From: Gemmatimonadota bacterium
GTDB taxonomy: Bacteria; Gemmatimonadota; Gemmatimonadetes; Longimicrobiales; Gaopeijiaceae
Direction: 5' to 3'
NCBI GenBank assembly: GCA_034521595.1
Contig: JAXHMG010000003.1
Location: forward strand, 1,152,001-1,216,000
DNA length: 64,000 nt
Shown: positions 10,051 through 19,963 of the stretch, one piece after another
How positions within the stretch are numbered: the stretch's first letter is position 1
How the letters are laid out: the number at the start of each line of letters is the position of its first letter
Notes under the pieces: generated by a model
Seen by the model: only the letters and a program-made list of their open reading frames with translations
Databases searched by the model: none
What the model was told of the DNA's origin: nothing
Program-made: the position numbers and the translations under genes

Positions 10051-11586
10051 ATGACTCTCGACTTCAGCACATCGCTCCACTATTGGTGGGCACTTCTCCC
10101 CGAGATCGTGCTCTGCATCGCGGGAATGGCCGTGCTCATCGCCGGTGTCTCCGGGAAGCACAGCCGCGCTGCTCGGTCCGAAGGGGGGGACGTCGCGTTC
10201 GCGCCGGGCAACGACCTGGGGTGGATCGCCCTGGTCGGACTCCTCGTCGCGGCGGGCGTGAACGGCTGGCTGTACGGGGTCACCGAGGTCGGCGACACGT
10301 CCATGATCGCGGTCGATGGCTTTCGGCTGTTCGCCAACTGGGTGTTCCTCCTGGGCGCCGCTCTGTCCATCCTCATCTCGCTAGGTTACGTCTACCGCCA
10401 GAAGCTCCAGGCCGGCGAGTTCTACGCCTTGATCCTGTTCGCCACGGCCGGAATGATGTTCATGGCCGCCGCGCGCGACCTGATCGTCGTCTTTCTCGGC
10501 CTCGAGGTCATGTCCATCGCCGTCTACGCCCTGACCGCCTTCAACCGGCGCGACCCGAAGTCGGCCGAAGCGGGCCTGAAGTACTTCCTCCTCGGAGCCT
10601 TCGCCACCGGGTTCCTGCTGTACGGCATCGCCCTGGTGTACGGGGCCGCCGGGAGCACGAACATCGCTGCGGTGGCGACGGCGATCGTCGATGAAACCTT
10701 TTCGCCGACGCTCCTCACCGTCGGCATCGTCATGCTGCTCGTCGGCTTCGGCTTCAAAGTCTCCGCCGTGCCCTTCCACATGTGGACGCCCGACGTGTAC
10801 GAAGGGGCTCCGGCTCCGGTGACGGCGTTCATGGCCGCCGCGGTGAAGGCCGCCGCGTTCGTGGCCTTCATGCGCATCTTCCTGGTCGCCTTCGAAGGGG
10901 TGTACGACTCCTGGGGCAACATCGTCTGGTGGCTCGCCGCCGTCACGATGATCGTGGCGAACCTCATCGCGCTCGTGCAATCGAACATAAAACGCATGCT
11001 CGCCTACTCGAGCATCGCGCACGCCGGGTATCTCCTGGTGGCCGTCACCGCGGCGAACGAGACGGCTGCAGCGGCTCTCCTGTTCTACCTCCTCGTCTAC
11101 ACCCTCATGAACATCGGGGCCTTCGCCGTCGTTATCGGGGTATCCCACCATTCCGAGGACCGGCAGCAGTTCGAAGACTACGCCGGATTCGGCTGGGCCC
11201 AACCGGTGCTCGGTGTCTTTCTCACGATCTTCCTGCTCTCGCTGGCCGGTTTTCCGGGCACCGGTGGCTTCATCGGCAAGATCTACCTCCTGCAGGGCGC
11301 TGCGGACGCTCAGCTTTGGACGCTCGCGGTCATCTTGGTTCTCACGACCTTGGCGTCGTATTGGTATTACCTGCGGGTCGCGTGGTTCATGTGGATGAAG
11401 CCGTCCACCGACGACGATCAGCACGCCTTGGTGACCATCCCCCTGCCGATGCACTTGGCCCTCGTGGCGAGTGTCGCGCTGATCCTCTACACTGGACTCT
11501 TCCCGGGAGCCATGCTCGAGTTCGCCCGGGCGAGCGTCGTGGGGCTCGGAAGCTTCGGGACCACCATGTTGGGCTTCGGGCTCTGA
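10051..11586 (+). CDS. nuoN: NADH-quinone oxidoreductase subunit N
   Basis: EAGLKYFLLG, PFHMWTPDVYEGAP, KRMLAYSSIAHAGY. Confidence 0.97.
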   Translation: MTLDFSTSLHYWWALLPEIVLCIAGMAVLIAGVSGKHSRAARSEGGDVAFAPGNDLGWIALVGLLVAAGVNGWLYGVTEVGDTSMIAVDGFRLFANWVFLLGAALSILISLGYVYRQKLQAGEFYALILFATAGMMFMAAARDLIVVFLGLEVMSIAVYALTAFNRRDPKSAEAGLKYFLLGAFATGFLLYGIALVYGAAGSTNIAAVATAIVDETFSPTLLTVGIVMLLVGFGFKVSAVPFHMWTPDVYEGAPAPVTAFMAAAVKAAAFVAFMRIFLVAFEGVYDSWGNIVWWLAAVTMIVANLIALVQSNIKRMLAYSSIAHAGYLLVAVTAANETAAAALLFYLLVYTLMNIGAFAVVIGVSHHSEDRQQFEDYAGFGWAQPVLGVFLTIFLLSLAGFPGTGGFIGKIYLLQGAADAQLWTLAVILVLTTLASYWYYLRVAWFMWMKPSTDDDQHALVTIPLPMHLALVASVALILYTGLFPGAMLEFARASVVGLGSFGTTMLGFGL

Positions 11587-11653
11587 GGGACGACCGCATC
11601 GGGATCGCTCCTTCGGCCGGGCGAGACCCGTTTCTCGAGGCGATTGGAGTACC

Positions 11654-13024
11654 ATGCTAGCGCACATCTTCAGACAGTACGACATCCGAGGGATCGTCGG
11701 AGAGGACCTCGACGCCGACATCGCCGAAGCCGTCGGGCGGGCTTTCGGCTCCCACGTCCGTGACGCGACCGGAATCGAAACGCCGTCGGTAGCGCTCGGA
11801 TACGACAACCGACACTCTTCACCGGACCTCGCCGCGGGGACGATCCGCGGTCTCCGAGCCGCCGGCGCCGACGTGCTCGACGTAGGCACTGTTCCGACTC
11901 CCGTGCTCTATTGGGCCGAGCAGGTCTTCGAGGCGCACGCGGGCATCCAGATCACGGGATCGCACAACCCGCCCGAGTGGAACGGCATCAAGATGACCGT
12001 GCAGGCCCAGGCCCTCTACGGAGATGCCATCACGGGCCTCCGGGACCGGATCGAGCGGAACGTTCTGGCATCCGGGGAAGGCGGTTACCGGCGCGTCGAC
12101 GTGCTCGACCGATACGTCGAAGACGTCGTCGGACGCTTCGAGCTGGCGCGTCCCGTGCGGATCGGCGTCGACTGCGGGAACGGCACCGCATCCCTCGTGG
12201 CCGAGCGGTTGCTCACGGAGTTGGGCGCCGAGGTCACGCCGCTCTTCTGTGACTCGGACCCTTCGTTTCCCAACCACCACCCCGATCCGACGGTCGACGC
12301 CAACCTGGCCGACCTGATTCGGGTCGTCCGCGAGAACGATCTCGAGGTCGGAGTGGCGTTCGATGGAGACGGGGACCGGATCGGCGTGGTCGACGGGGAA
12401 GGGCGGATCGTCCGGGGCGACGTGCTCTTGCTCCTGTACGGTCTGGATCTGCTCGAGAAGCGCGGGCCGGGTCAGAAGCTCGTCTTCGACGTGAAGTGCT
12501 CTCAGGTTCTCCCGGAGGTCTTCGAGGCCGCCGGTGGCGAACCGATCATGTGGAAGACGGGGCACTCGCTCATCAAGCGTAAGATGAAAGAAACCGGTGC
12601 GCGTCTCGCGGGCGAGCTGTCCGGGCACATCATGATCGCGGACGACTATCTCGGCTTCGATGACGCACTCTACGACGCCTGTCGGCTCGTGGATCTGATC
12701 GCCCGCTCGGAGCGTACCATCGCCGAGCAGGTCGCCGAGTTCCCCGAGTACGTCTCGACGGCCGAGATCCGGATCGACGTCACCGAAGAGGACAAGTGGC
12801 GCATCGTCGAAGAAGCGGTCACGCACTTCAAGGCTTCCCACGACGTTATCGACGTGGACGGCGCTCGCGTTCTGTTCGGAGACGGGTGGGCCTTGCTCCG
12901 CACCTCGAACACCCAGGCGGTCATCGTCGCACGCTTCGAAGCCAAGACTCGGGAACGCCTCGACGAGATCCGGAAGGAAGTCGGAACGTGGTTGGAAACC
13001 CAGGGAGTCTCGCTACCATCGTGA
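11654..13024 (+). CDS. Phosphomannomutase/phosphoglucomutase (AlgC-like)
   Basis: IFRQYDIRG, TGSHNP phosphoserine loop, FDGDGDR metal loop, GELSGH. Confidence 0.93.
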   Translation: MLAHIFRQYDIRGIVGEDLDADIAEAVGRAFGSHVRDATGIETPSVALGYDNRHSSPDLAAGTIRGLRAAGADVLDVGTVPTPVLYWAEQVFEAHAGIQITGSHNPPEWNGIKMTVQAQALYGDAITGLRDRIERNVLASGEGGYRRVDVLDRYVEDVVGRFELARPVRIGVDCGNGTASLVAERLLTELGAEVTPLFCDSDPSFPNHHPDPTVDANLADLIRVVRENDLEVGVAFDGDGDRIGVVDGEGRIVRGDVLLLLYGLDLLEKRGPGQKLVFDVKCSQVLPEVFEAAGGEPIMWKTGHSLIKRKMKETGARLAGELSGHIMIADDYLGFDDALYDACRLVDLIARSERTIAEQVAEFPEYVSTAEIRIDVTEEDKWRIVEEAVTHFKASHDVIDVDGARVLFGDGWALLRTSNTQAVIVARFEAKTRERLDEIRKEVGTWLETQGVSLPS

Positions 13025-13184
13025 GAGCCCGTTGCAGCAATCCAATGTCCGCCGTGAGCAGGGTACGCCGGGGCGAGCCCGCAAGCGAGACGCATGATCG
13101 TGAGCGGTCCTTCCACACGACGCCGTGCAGCACCACTGGACCACTCGGGTCACCCCCACGCAGTCGTGATCGAGGAGCGCTGAC

Positions 13185-15959
13185 GTGACAACCCTGCGGA
13201 ACCTCCTGGGCACCCTCAAGGGCGGCCGGTTGGCAATCGCGCTCCTGATTCTCGCTGGGCTCGTGCTGATCTTCGGCAGGGTCCTCGCGGCGGCCTACGT
13301 GGAGGTCCTCTGGCAGCAGAGTGCCGGGTTCAGCTCCGTGTTTTGGCGTCGCGTTCTCTGGAGCTGGGGGACGCGCCTGGTCGCGGGGCTCGCCGTGGCC
13401 GGCGTCGTCTTCCTGAACCTGAAGATCGCCGCGGTGAGCCTGGGTGGAATCCAGATCCGCCGCAAGTTCGGGAACATCGAAATCTCGGAACAGCTTCCGA
13501 GCGTGTACGTATCCGCGGCCAGCCTCGGCGCAGCCGGCCTTCTGGGCCTTTGGTTCGGCGCCGCGGTGCCGTCGAACCTCGGACTGCAAATCGCGGCCAT
13601 GCTGGGGGCTGGCTCCTGGGGAATGGCGGATCCCGTGCTGGGACGGGATCTGAGCTTCTACGTGTTCCAACTCCCCGTGTGGGCGAGCGCGGTCACCTTC
13701 GCCTTGGTGGTGACGTTCCTGGTCTTCACCCTCGCCAGCGCCGCGTACGCCACCACGGGCGCGCTCCGATGGGTGCGGGGTCGGGTCGACATCCAGGATC
13801 TGGCCCGACGCCACCTCGGGGTGCTGGTCGCCGTCTTCCTCTTGCTCGTGGCGCTTCGCGTCTGGCTCGGTCGCTCGCTCCTCCTCTGGGACGGCAACTC
13901 GGCCGTGCAGGGCATCGTCGGGTACGCCGACGTCCAGGCTCTGCTCCCCGCGCAGCAAACCCTGGTCGTCATATGCCTGGCCGCCGCCGTGGGCGTGCTC
14001 TGGGGTACATGGAAGAACCGGATCTTGCCGGCGGCGGTTTCTCTTCTTTCGGTGGTCCTGGGTGGGTTGCTCATCACCCAGGTATACCCTGGAATCGTCC
14101 AGCGCTTTCAGGTCGAGCCGAACGAGCTGGCCCGGGAAACCCCGTACATCGAGCACAACCTTCGCTTCACGCGCATGGGCTTCGGCCTTCACGAGATGGG
14201 ACGCCGGTCGTTCGGATATGCCCCGGAAAGCCCGGTCCGGGTGGATCGCGCCATGGAGGGATTCACGGGGCTCCCCGTCTGGAACAGCAACGCGCTCCTC
14301 CAGACGTATCGGTCGCTCGAGGCGCGATTTCCCTACTACGACTTCCCGGAGCTCACGATCGACCGCTACCAAGGGGAAGAGGGAAGGGAGGTCATGGCGG
14401 TGTCGGTGCGCGAGATCGATCCGTCCGGCATCCAGGACCCGAACTGGCAGAATCTGCACCTCCGGGACCTCTTTATCCGCGGCATGGGCGCCGTCGTGAG
14501 TAGAGCCGCCTCCCGATCCCAGCAAGGACGGCCGGAAATGCTGATCTCCGGCCTGCCGCCGGAGCGCACCGCGGGCGCGGAGCGCTTCCCGGATCTGCAG
14601 ATGAACCGGCCCGAGGTGTATTTCGGCTCCACACCACAACTCTACGCCCTCCTCGATCCCACCGGGGGTGAGGAGGCCCCCGGCCCCCTCGGGGCACGGG
14701 TTCCCGGAGTCGATTTTCCCGAGGGCATCCAACTGGGTTCGCGGATCCGGACCGCCGTGCTCGCATGGCGCTTTCAGGATGCGAACCTGTTCTTCGCCTC
14801 CGACCTCCCACCTGAAACGCGTCTGGTGTACCGTCGGCAGGTACGAGAGCGCGCCCAAGCGATCGCGCCCTTCTTGAGATTCCCGGAAGCGCCCTATCCG
14901 GTCCTGGCCGACGGACGAATCGTCTGGGTCTTGGAAGGATTCACAGGAACCCGGGCGTTTCCGCTCTCGAGCGTGCACGACTTCGGCGTCTTCGGATCGC
15001 CGGTCAACTACGTCCGGAATTCCGTGAAGGTGACCGTCGACGCAGTCACCGGGGCCATACGGTTCCACCGCGTGCCCGTCGAGGACCCGTTGATCGAAGC
15101 ATACGCGGAAGTGTTCCCCGAGCTCTTCGAGCCCGTGGACGAGATGCCCGACGCGCTCCGGCGCCATATCCGGTATCCACGTTCCCTCCTGAACCTGCAG
15201 GCGAACGTGCTCCTGCAGTACCACCAGGAGACGGCGGCGGACTTCCACGGCCAGCAGGACGTATGGGTGGCGGCTCAAGAGCAGTCCGAGAGCACTACCC
15301 CCGTGCGTTACGGGCCCGAATACGGGCTGTACACGTTCCCCGGTGACAGCGTCCCACGCTTCAACCTGACCACCGTGTTCGTCCCGACCGGGCGGCCGAA
15401 CCTCACCGGGATGCTTGCCGGTCGCACGAACGAGAACGGCGTACCCGAGCTGGACCTGCTCGACGTGCCCGTGGCCGACCAGGTTCCGGGGCCGCGCCAG
15501 ATCGAGGCGCTCGTGGAGCAGGATCCGGGAATCTCGCAGCAGTTCTCACTCTGGCGGAGTGGTGGGAGCCAGGTGTGGACGGGACACCTTCACCTCCTTC
15601 CGGTGAACGGACGCATGCTCTACATGGAGCCCGTCTTCCTCGCGGCGGAATCCGAAGCGATCCCGGAGCTCAGACGGTTCCTGGTGAGTGACGGCGTAGA
15701 CATCGTGATGACCGAGCAGCTCGACGAGGCTCTCGCGCTCTTGACCGGCGAGGAGACACAGGCACTCGAGCTCGAGGGTGCCATGCCGGTGGAAACCATG
15801 TTACCCGAAACGGGCGAGACGGAAACGTGGCCCGACGAAGCATTGAGCCTTCTCGAGCGTGCCGAAGACCGGCTGCGCGCGGGGGACTGGGAGGGCTTCG
15901 GCACCACATGGGAGGAGCTCCGCACGTTTCTCCGGGACCTCCGCGACGACGCACCGTAG
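13185..15959 (+). CDS. UPF0182 family membrane protein
   Basis: N-terminal multi-TM region with DPVLGRDLSFYVF, PNELARETPYI, NYVRNSVKVTVDAVTG; 924 aa. Confidence 0.85.
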   Translation: MTTLRNLLGTLKGGRLAIALLILAGLVLIFGRVLAAAYVEVLWQQSAGFSSVFWRRVLWSWGTRLVAGLAVAGVVFLNLKIAAVSLGGIQIRRKFGNIEISEQLPSVYVSAASLGAAGLLGLWFGAAVPSNLGLQIAAMLGAGSWGMADPVLGRDLSFYVFQLPVWASAVTFALVVTFLVFTLASAAYATTGALRWVRGRVDIQDLARRHLGVLVAVFLLLVALRVWLGRSLLLWDGNSAVQGIVGYADVQALLPAQQTLVVICLAAAVGVLWGTWKNRILPAAVSLLSVVLGGLLITQVYPGIVQRFQVEPNELARETPYIEHNLRFTRMGFGLHEMGRRSFGYAPESPVRVDRAMEGFTGLPVWNSNALLQTYRSLEARFPYYDFPELTIDRYQGEEGREVMAVSVREIDPSGIQDPNWQNLHLRDLFIRGMGAVVSRAASRSQQGRPEMLISGLPPERTAGAERFPDLQMNRPEVYFGSTPQLYALLDPTGGEEAPGPLGARVPGVDFPEGIQLGSRIRTAVLAWRFQDANLFFASDLPPETRLVYRRQVRERAQAIAPFLRFPEAPYPVLADGRIVWVLEGFTGTRAFPLSSVHDFGVFGSPVNYVRNSVKVTVDAVTGAIRFHRVPVEDPLIEAYAEVFPELFEPVDEMPDALRRHIRYPRSLLNLQANVLLQYHQETAADFHGQQDVWVAAQEQSESTTPVRYGPEYGLYTFPGDSVPRFNLTTVFVPTGRPNLTGMLAGRTNENGVPELDLLDVPVADQVPGPRQIEALVEQDPGISQQFSLWRSGGSQVWTGHLHLLPVNGRMLYMEPVFLAAESEAIPELRRFLVSDGVDIVMTEQLDEALALLTGEETQALELEGAMPVETMLPETGETETWPDEALSLLERAEDRLRAGDWEGFGTTWEELRTFLRDLRDDAP

Positions 15960-15969
15960 CCTTCCGCCG

Positions 15970-15998
15970 TTGATCGACGCGGAAGCCCCTGGTAGCTT
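15970..15998 (+). promoter_or_regulatory. Putative sigma70-type promoter of sucCD operon
   Basis: TTGATC-N17-TAGCTT with TGn extension, in the intergenic gap. Confidence 0.55.
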
Positions 15999-16076
15999 CT
16001 ACCGACTTTTTCCCGGTTCGGCCGGCCCGCCACGGGTCCTCCGGGCCACCTCTTCGATCCAGGTATCCGAGAGCGT

Positions 16077-17213
16077 ATGAACATCCACGAGTATCAGGCG
16101 AAGGAGCTCTTCAGGGCGGCCGGCATTCCGGTACCTCCGGGCGAGATCGCCACGTCTCCCGCGGACGCCGAAACCATCGCGAAGAAGTATGGTGGGATGG
16201 TCGTCGTCAAAGGCCAGGTCCACTCCGGTGGGCGCGGCAAGGCCGGCGGAGTGAAGTTGGCCAAGACCGCGGCGGAGGCTCGCGAGCACGCCGAGAATAT
16301 TCTCGGGATGGAGATCAACGGCCTCACCGTCGAGAAGGTCCTCGTCACGCCCGCAGAAGACATCGACACCGAAGCGTACCTCGGCGTCCTTGTCGATCGT
16401 AAGGCGCAGGCCGCGACGTTCATGGTATCCGCGGAAGGCGGCGTCGACATCGAAGAGGTGGCGCATACGAATCCCGACGCGATCCGGACGTTCCCCATCG
16501 ACCCGCGCTACGGGATCCTGCCGCACCAGGCGCTCTGGCTGGCCAATACCCTGTACGACGACCCGAGCCTGATGAAACAGGCCAGCAAGATCGTCTCCCA
16601 GCTCTACGACGCGTTCGTCGACTCCGGTGCTTCCCTGGCGGAGATCAATCCGCTCATCACGACGCCCGCCGGAGAGGTCAAGGCAATCGATGCGAAGGTC
16701 AGCATCGACGAGAACGAGCTCTTCCGCCGCCCCGAGGTCGCGGAGATGCGGGATACCTCGGCGGAGCCGCCCTCGGAAACCAAGGCGCGAGATTCCGGAC
16801 TTTCCTACGTGAAGCTGGACGGCAACGTCGGTTGCTGCGTGAACGGCGCCGGCCTCGCCATGGCGACGATGGATCTGGTGAAGTATTACGGCGGGGAACC
16901 GGCCAACTTCCTCGATATCGGAGGATCGTCGAATCCGGACAAGGTCGTGGCGGCGCTCGAGATCATCACTTCCGATCCGAGCGTGAAAGCCATCCTCTTC
17001 AACATCTTCGGTGGCATCACCCGGTGCGACGACGTCGCGAACGGAATCGTCGAAGCCACGAAGCGGATCGACATCGACATCCCGATCGTGATCCGGCTGA
17101 CGGGCACGAACGAAGAACTCGCACTCAAGATCCTCGCCGACGCCGGCTTCTCCGCGTTCACGTCCATGGACGCGGTCGTCGAGAAGGCGGTCGAGCTGGC
17201 AGGGGAGGCGTAA
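16077..17213 (+). CDS. sucC: Succinyl-CoA synthetase beta subunit
   Basis: MNIHEYQAKEL, GGRGKAGGV, NGAGLAMATMD, PANFLDIGG. Confidence 0.97.
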   Translation: MNIHEYQAKELFRAAGIPVPPGEIATSPADAETIAKKYGGMVVVKGQVHSGGRGKAGGVKLAKTAAEAREHAENILGMEINGLTVEKVLVTPAEDIDTEAYLGVLVDRKAQAATFMVSAEGGVDIEEVAHTNPDAIRTFPIDPRYGILPHQALWLANTLYDDPSLMKQASKIVSQLYDAFVDSGASLAEINPLITTPAGEVKAIDAKVSIDENELFRRPEVAEMRDTSAEPPSETKARDSGLSYVKLDGNVGCCVNGAGLAMATMDLVKYYGGEPANFLDIGGSSNPDKVVAALEIITSDPSVKAILFNIFGGITRCDDVANGIVEATKRIDIDIPIVIRLTGTNEELALKILADAGFSAFTSMDAVVEKAVELAGEA

Positions 17214-17216
17214 CCC

Positions 17217-18101
17217 ATGTCCATTTTCATCGACTCCGATACCAAGCTCATCGTCCAGGGCATCACGGGGCGGGACGGATCGTTCCATACGACTCAGATG
17301 CTCGAGTACGGGACGCAGGTCGTGGCCGGCGTCACGCCCGGTAAAGGCGGCCAGAGCTTCGACGGGCCGAACGGCCGGCACGTTCCGATCTTCGACTGCA
17401 TGGACGAAGCAGTGGAAGCGACCGGCGCGAACACCTCGGTCATCTACGTGCCCCCGGCGTTCGCGGCCAGCGCCGTCATGGAGGCCGTGGACAGCGGCGT
17501 GGACCTCGTCGTGGCGATCACGGAAGGCGTCCCGGTGCTCGACATGGCCCGGGCGCACGCGTTCGCGCGTGACCGTGGCGTGCGCATCCTCGGGCCCAAC
17601 TGCCCCGGCGTGATCTCGCCGGGCCGCTCCAAGGTCGGAATCCTGCCGGGGCAGATCGTGACGGAAGGCCCGGTCGGTGTGGTGTCGCGCTCCGGAACGC
17701 TGACCTACGAGGCCGTGTTTCAACTCACGGAGGTGGGCCTCGGCCAAACGTCCTGCGTAGGAATCGGTGGGGACCCGCTGATCGGGACGACATTCATCGA
17801 CTGCCTCGAAGCCTTCGAAGCCGATCCGGAAACGCAGGCGATCGTCATGATCGGCGAGATCGGGGGCACGGACGAGCAGGATGCCGCCGAGTACGTGAGC
17901 GAGCATCTTTCCAAGCCCGTCGTGGGCTTCATCGCGGGACAGACGGCACCTCCCGGACGCACGATGGGGCATGCCGGAGCGATCGTCAGCGGTGCGGCCG
18001 GCACGGCCGAGGAAAAGATGAAGGCCTTCGAAGACAACGGGATCGAGGTTGCCAAACGTCCGAAGGACATCGTCGGGCTGATACAGAAGGGGTTGGCCTG
18101 A
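17217..18101 (+). CDS. sucD: Succinyl-CoA synthetase alpha subunit
   Basis: [27 protein letters not shown] phospho-His. Confidence 0.97.
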   Translation: MSIFIDSDTKLIVQGITGRDGSFHTTQMLEYGTQVVAGVTPGKGGQSFDGPNGRHVPIFDCMDEAVEATGANTSVIYVPPAFAASAVMEAVDSGVDLVVAITEGVPVLDMARAHAFARDRGVRILGPNCPGVISPGRSKVGILPGQIVTEGPVGVVSRSGTLTYEAVFQLTEVGLGQTSCVGIGGDPLIGTTFIDCLEAFEADPETQAIVMIGEIGGTDEQDAAEYVSEHLSKPVVGFIAGQTAPPGRTMGHAGAIVSGAAGTAEEKMKAFEDNGIEVAKRPKDIVGLIQKGLA

Positions 18102-18156
18102 CACAGCATTCCCATCAGGGACCGGTGCTGTCGGACCGCGGGTCCGGCAGCACCGG

Positions 18157-18627
18157 ATGACAGCTATGGATGAAGAACTTCGCGTCGAGCACGCACTCTC
18201 GGCGATACGGTACCGGATCTATCCGGACACGCCGTTCGACGAAGTGCTCGACCTCATGATTCGTCGCCAGCTGCACGCAATTCCGGTTGTCGGTGAGGAC
18301 TACGAAGTCCTTGGCATCATCACCACCGGGGACGTGTTGCACACGCTTCTGAAGAGAAGGGGTAAGCGCGGGACCGAGAACGCGACCGCCGAGCCCGGAA
18401 CGCTGGCCGCGCGCGACGTAATGACGAGGACCGTCCTCTGCGTCGCCGAGGAGCAACTCCTGACGGAAGCGGCCCAGATGATGGCGAATCGCGACGTGGA
18501 GCAGCTTCCGGTCGTGCGAGACGGGACCCTCGTCGGCTTCCTCACGAGAGACTCACTCCTCGAGTCGCTCTGGGGAAAGCCCAAGGAAGCCGACGCCGAC
18601 AAGCCACGAGTTGAAGGAGAACAATGA
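18157..18627 (+). CDS. CBS domain pair protein
   Basis: IPVVGEDYEVLGIITTGD and LPVVRDGTLVGFLTRDS CBS repeats. Confidence 0.85.
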   Translation: MTAMDEELRVEHALSAIRYRIYPDTPFDEVLDLMIRRQLHAIPVVGEDYEVLGIITTGDVLHTLLKRRGKRGTENATAEPGTLAARDVMTRTVLCVAEEQLLTEAAQMMANRDVEQLPVVRDGTLVGFLTRDSLLESLWGKPKEADADKPRVEGEQ

Positions 18628-19073
18628 GTCAGACGCTTGCGATCATCAAACCGGACGCCGTTTCTTCGGGTAAGGCCGGGAAGATCCTGGCACATCTCGA
18701 GGGCGCCGGATTCTCCGTACGAGCCATGAGGTTGGGCCGGCTCGATCGGGACCAAGCACGCGCGTTCTACGCGGTTCACGAAGGTCGTCCGTTCTACGAC
18801 GAGTTGGTCGAGTTCATGACGTCGGGCCCCGTCATTCCGGTGGTGCTCGAAGCTGAAGATGCCGTGCCGAAGCTCCGGGAAACCATCGGTGCCACCGATC
18901 CGGCCGAGGCGGCTCCGGGAACTGTTCGCGAGCTCTACGCGGAGTCGAAAGGGCGTAATGCGATTCACGCCTCGGACTCGACGGAGAACGCACGAAAGGA
19001 GATCGGATTCTTTTTCTCGGATGCCGAGCGGATCGCATTGGCCAACGCCAGTGAGAGCCACGCGGGGAGGTAG
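18624..19073 (+). CDS. ndk: Nucleoside diphosphate kinase
   Basis: TLAIIKPDAV, FMTSGP, NAIHASDS. Confidence 0.97.
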   Translation: MSQTLAIIKPDAVSSGKAGKILAHLEGAGFSVRAMRLGRLDRDQARAFYAVHEGRPFYDELVEFMTSGPVIPVVLEAEDAVPKLRETIGATDPAEAAPGTVRELYAESKGRNAIHASDSTENARKEIGFFFSDAERIALANASESHAGR

Positions 19074-19106
19074 ACATTTGCACTGCACGAGCTAGTTTTC
19101 AGGACT

Positions 19107-19625
19107 ATGCTTGAGGTTTCACTGGGTCGGCTGAAGCGGGAAGGCACGGTCGCGATCGATGCCCACATCCCACCGGACGACCCCATGTGGGTGGGCATGT
19201 CGCCACCGTGGGCCTCGTCCGTGCATGCCAACTTCCAGGTAACCGTGGCAGGCAGCGGAGAGATTTTCGCTCGTGGACACGTCCATGGGGAGTTGGCGCA
19301 GGAGTGCCGTCGCTGTCTCGAACCTTTGGAGCATACGTTCGATGAAGATCTCACCCTGGTCTTCGTCGACGAGCACGAATTCGAGGAGGAGGAAGAAGAG
19401 CGGGGCGAAGCCCACGTGATTCAGCCGACCGACTCGGAGTTGGATCTGAGTGGCGCGGTCCGCGAGGAAGTTTTTCTCGCGGTCGAGCCTTACGTCGTTT
19501 GTGATCCGGGGTGTCAAGGCTTATGCCCGGGGTGCGGCGCCGACCTCAACGAAGGTGCCTGCACCTGCTCGGGCCGGGAGCTGGACCCACGATGGGAGCC
19601 ACTTCGGAAGCTCAAGGAGAAGTGA
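19107..19625 (+). CDS. yceD: DUF177/YceD family protein
   Basis: CRRCLE and CDPGCQGLCPGCG..LN, DPRW motifs; directly upstream of rpmF. Confidence 0.9.
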   Translation: MLEVSLGRLKREGTVAIDAHIPPDDPMWVGMSPPWASSVHANFQVTVAGSGEIFARGHVHGELAQECRRCLEPLEHTFDEDLTLVFVDEHEFEEEEEERGEAHVIQPTDSELDLSGAVREEVFLAVEPYVVCDPGCQGLCPGCGADLNEGACTCSGRELDPRWEPLRKLKEK

Positions 19626-19634
19626 ACACAAGTT

Positions 19635-19817
19635 ATGGCCGTTCCCAAGAAGCGCACGTCCAAGCAGCGGAAGCGGAAGCGTCGTACGCACTACAAGGCG
19701 AAGGCAGTCGCAATCCATACATGCCCGCAGTGCTCCGACCCGAAGCTCCCGCATCGAGTCTGTCCGAGTTGCGGACACTACCGCGATACGGCCGTCCTCG
19801 ACGTCGAGATCGACTGA
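19635..19817 (+). CDS. rpmF: 50S ribosomal protein L32 (Zn-ribbon form)
   Basis: MAVPKKRTSK, CPQC...HRVCPSCG. Confidence 0.97.
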   Translation: MAVPKKRTSKQRKRKRRTHYKAKAVAIHTCPQCSDPKLPHRVCPSCGHYRDTAVLDVEID

Positions 19818-19963
19818 GCAACGACGCATCCAGCCGTGACGAGGGGTGACCCGGCGCGCCCGGACCCGAGGGCGGCTACCACTCGGCCGCGAGCCATTCG
19901 ACCCTCGGCGCCGGACGTTGGAACGGCGCCACCCGTCCGTACTCGCTAAACCGGAACCGACCC

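Noticed and set aside
13025..13184. 160-bp gap before the UPF0182 gene as a riboswitch or ncRNA
   Set aside because: No motif I recognise; an Rfam search would be needed
12921..15278. 785-aa minus-strand ORF, plus other long antisense ORFs (15999-18104, 32774-34519, 52485-54221, 10381-11889)
   Set aside because: They shadow well-supported genes; long antisense ORFs are expected in high-GC DNA and carry no recognisable motifs
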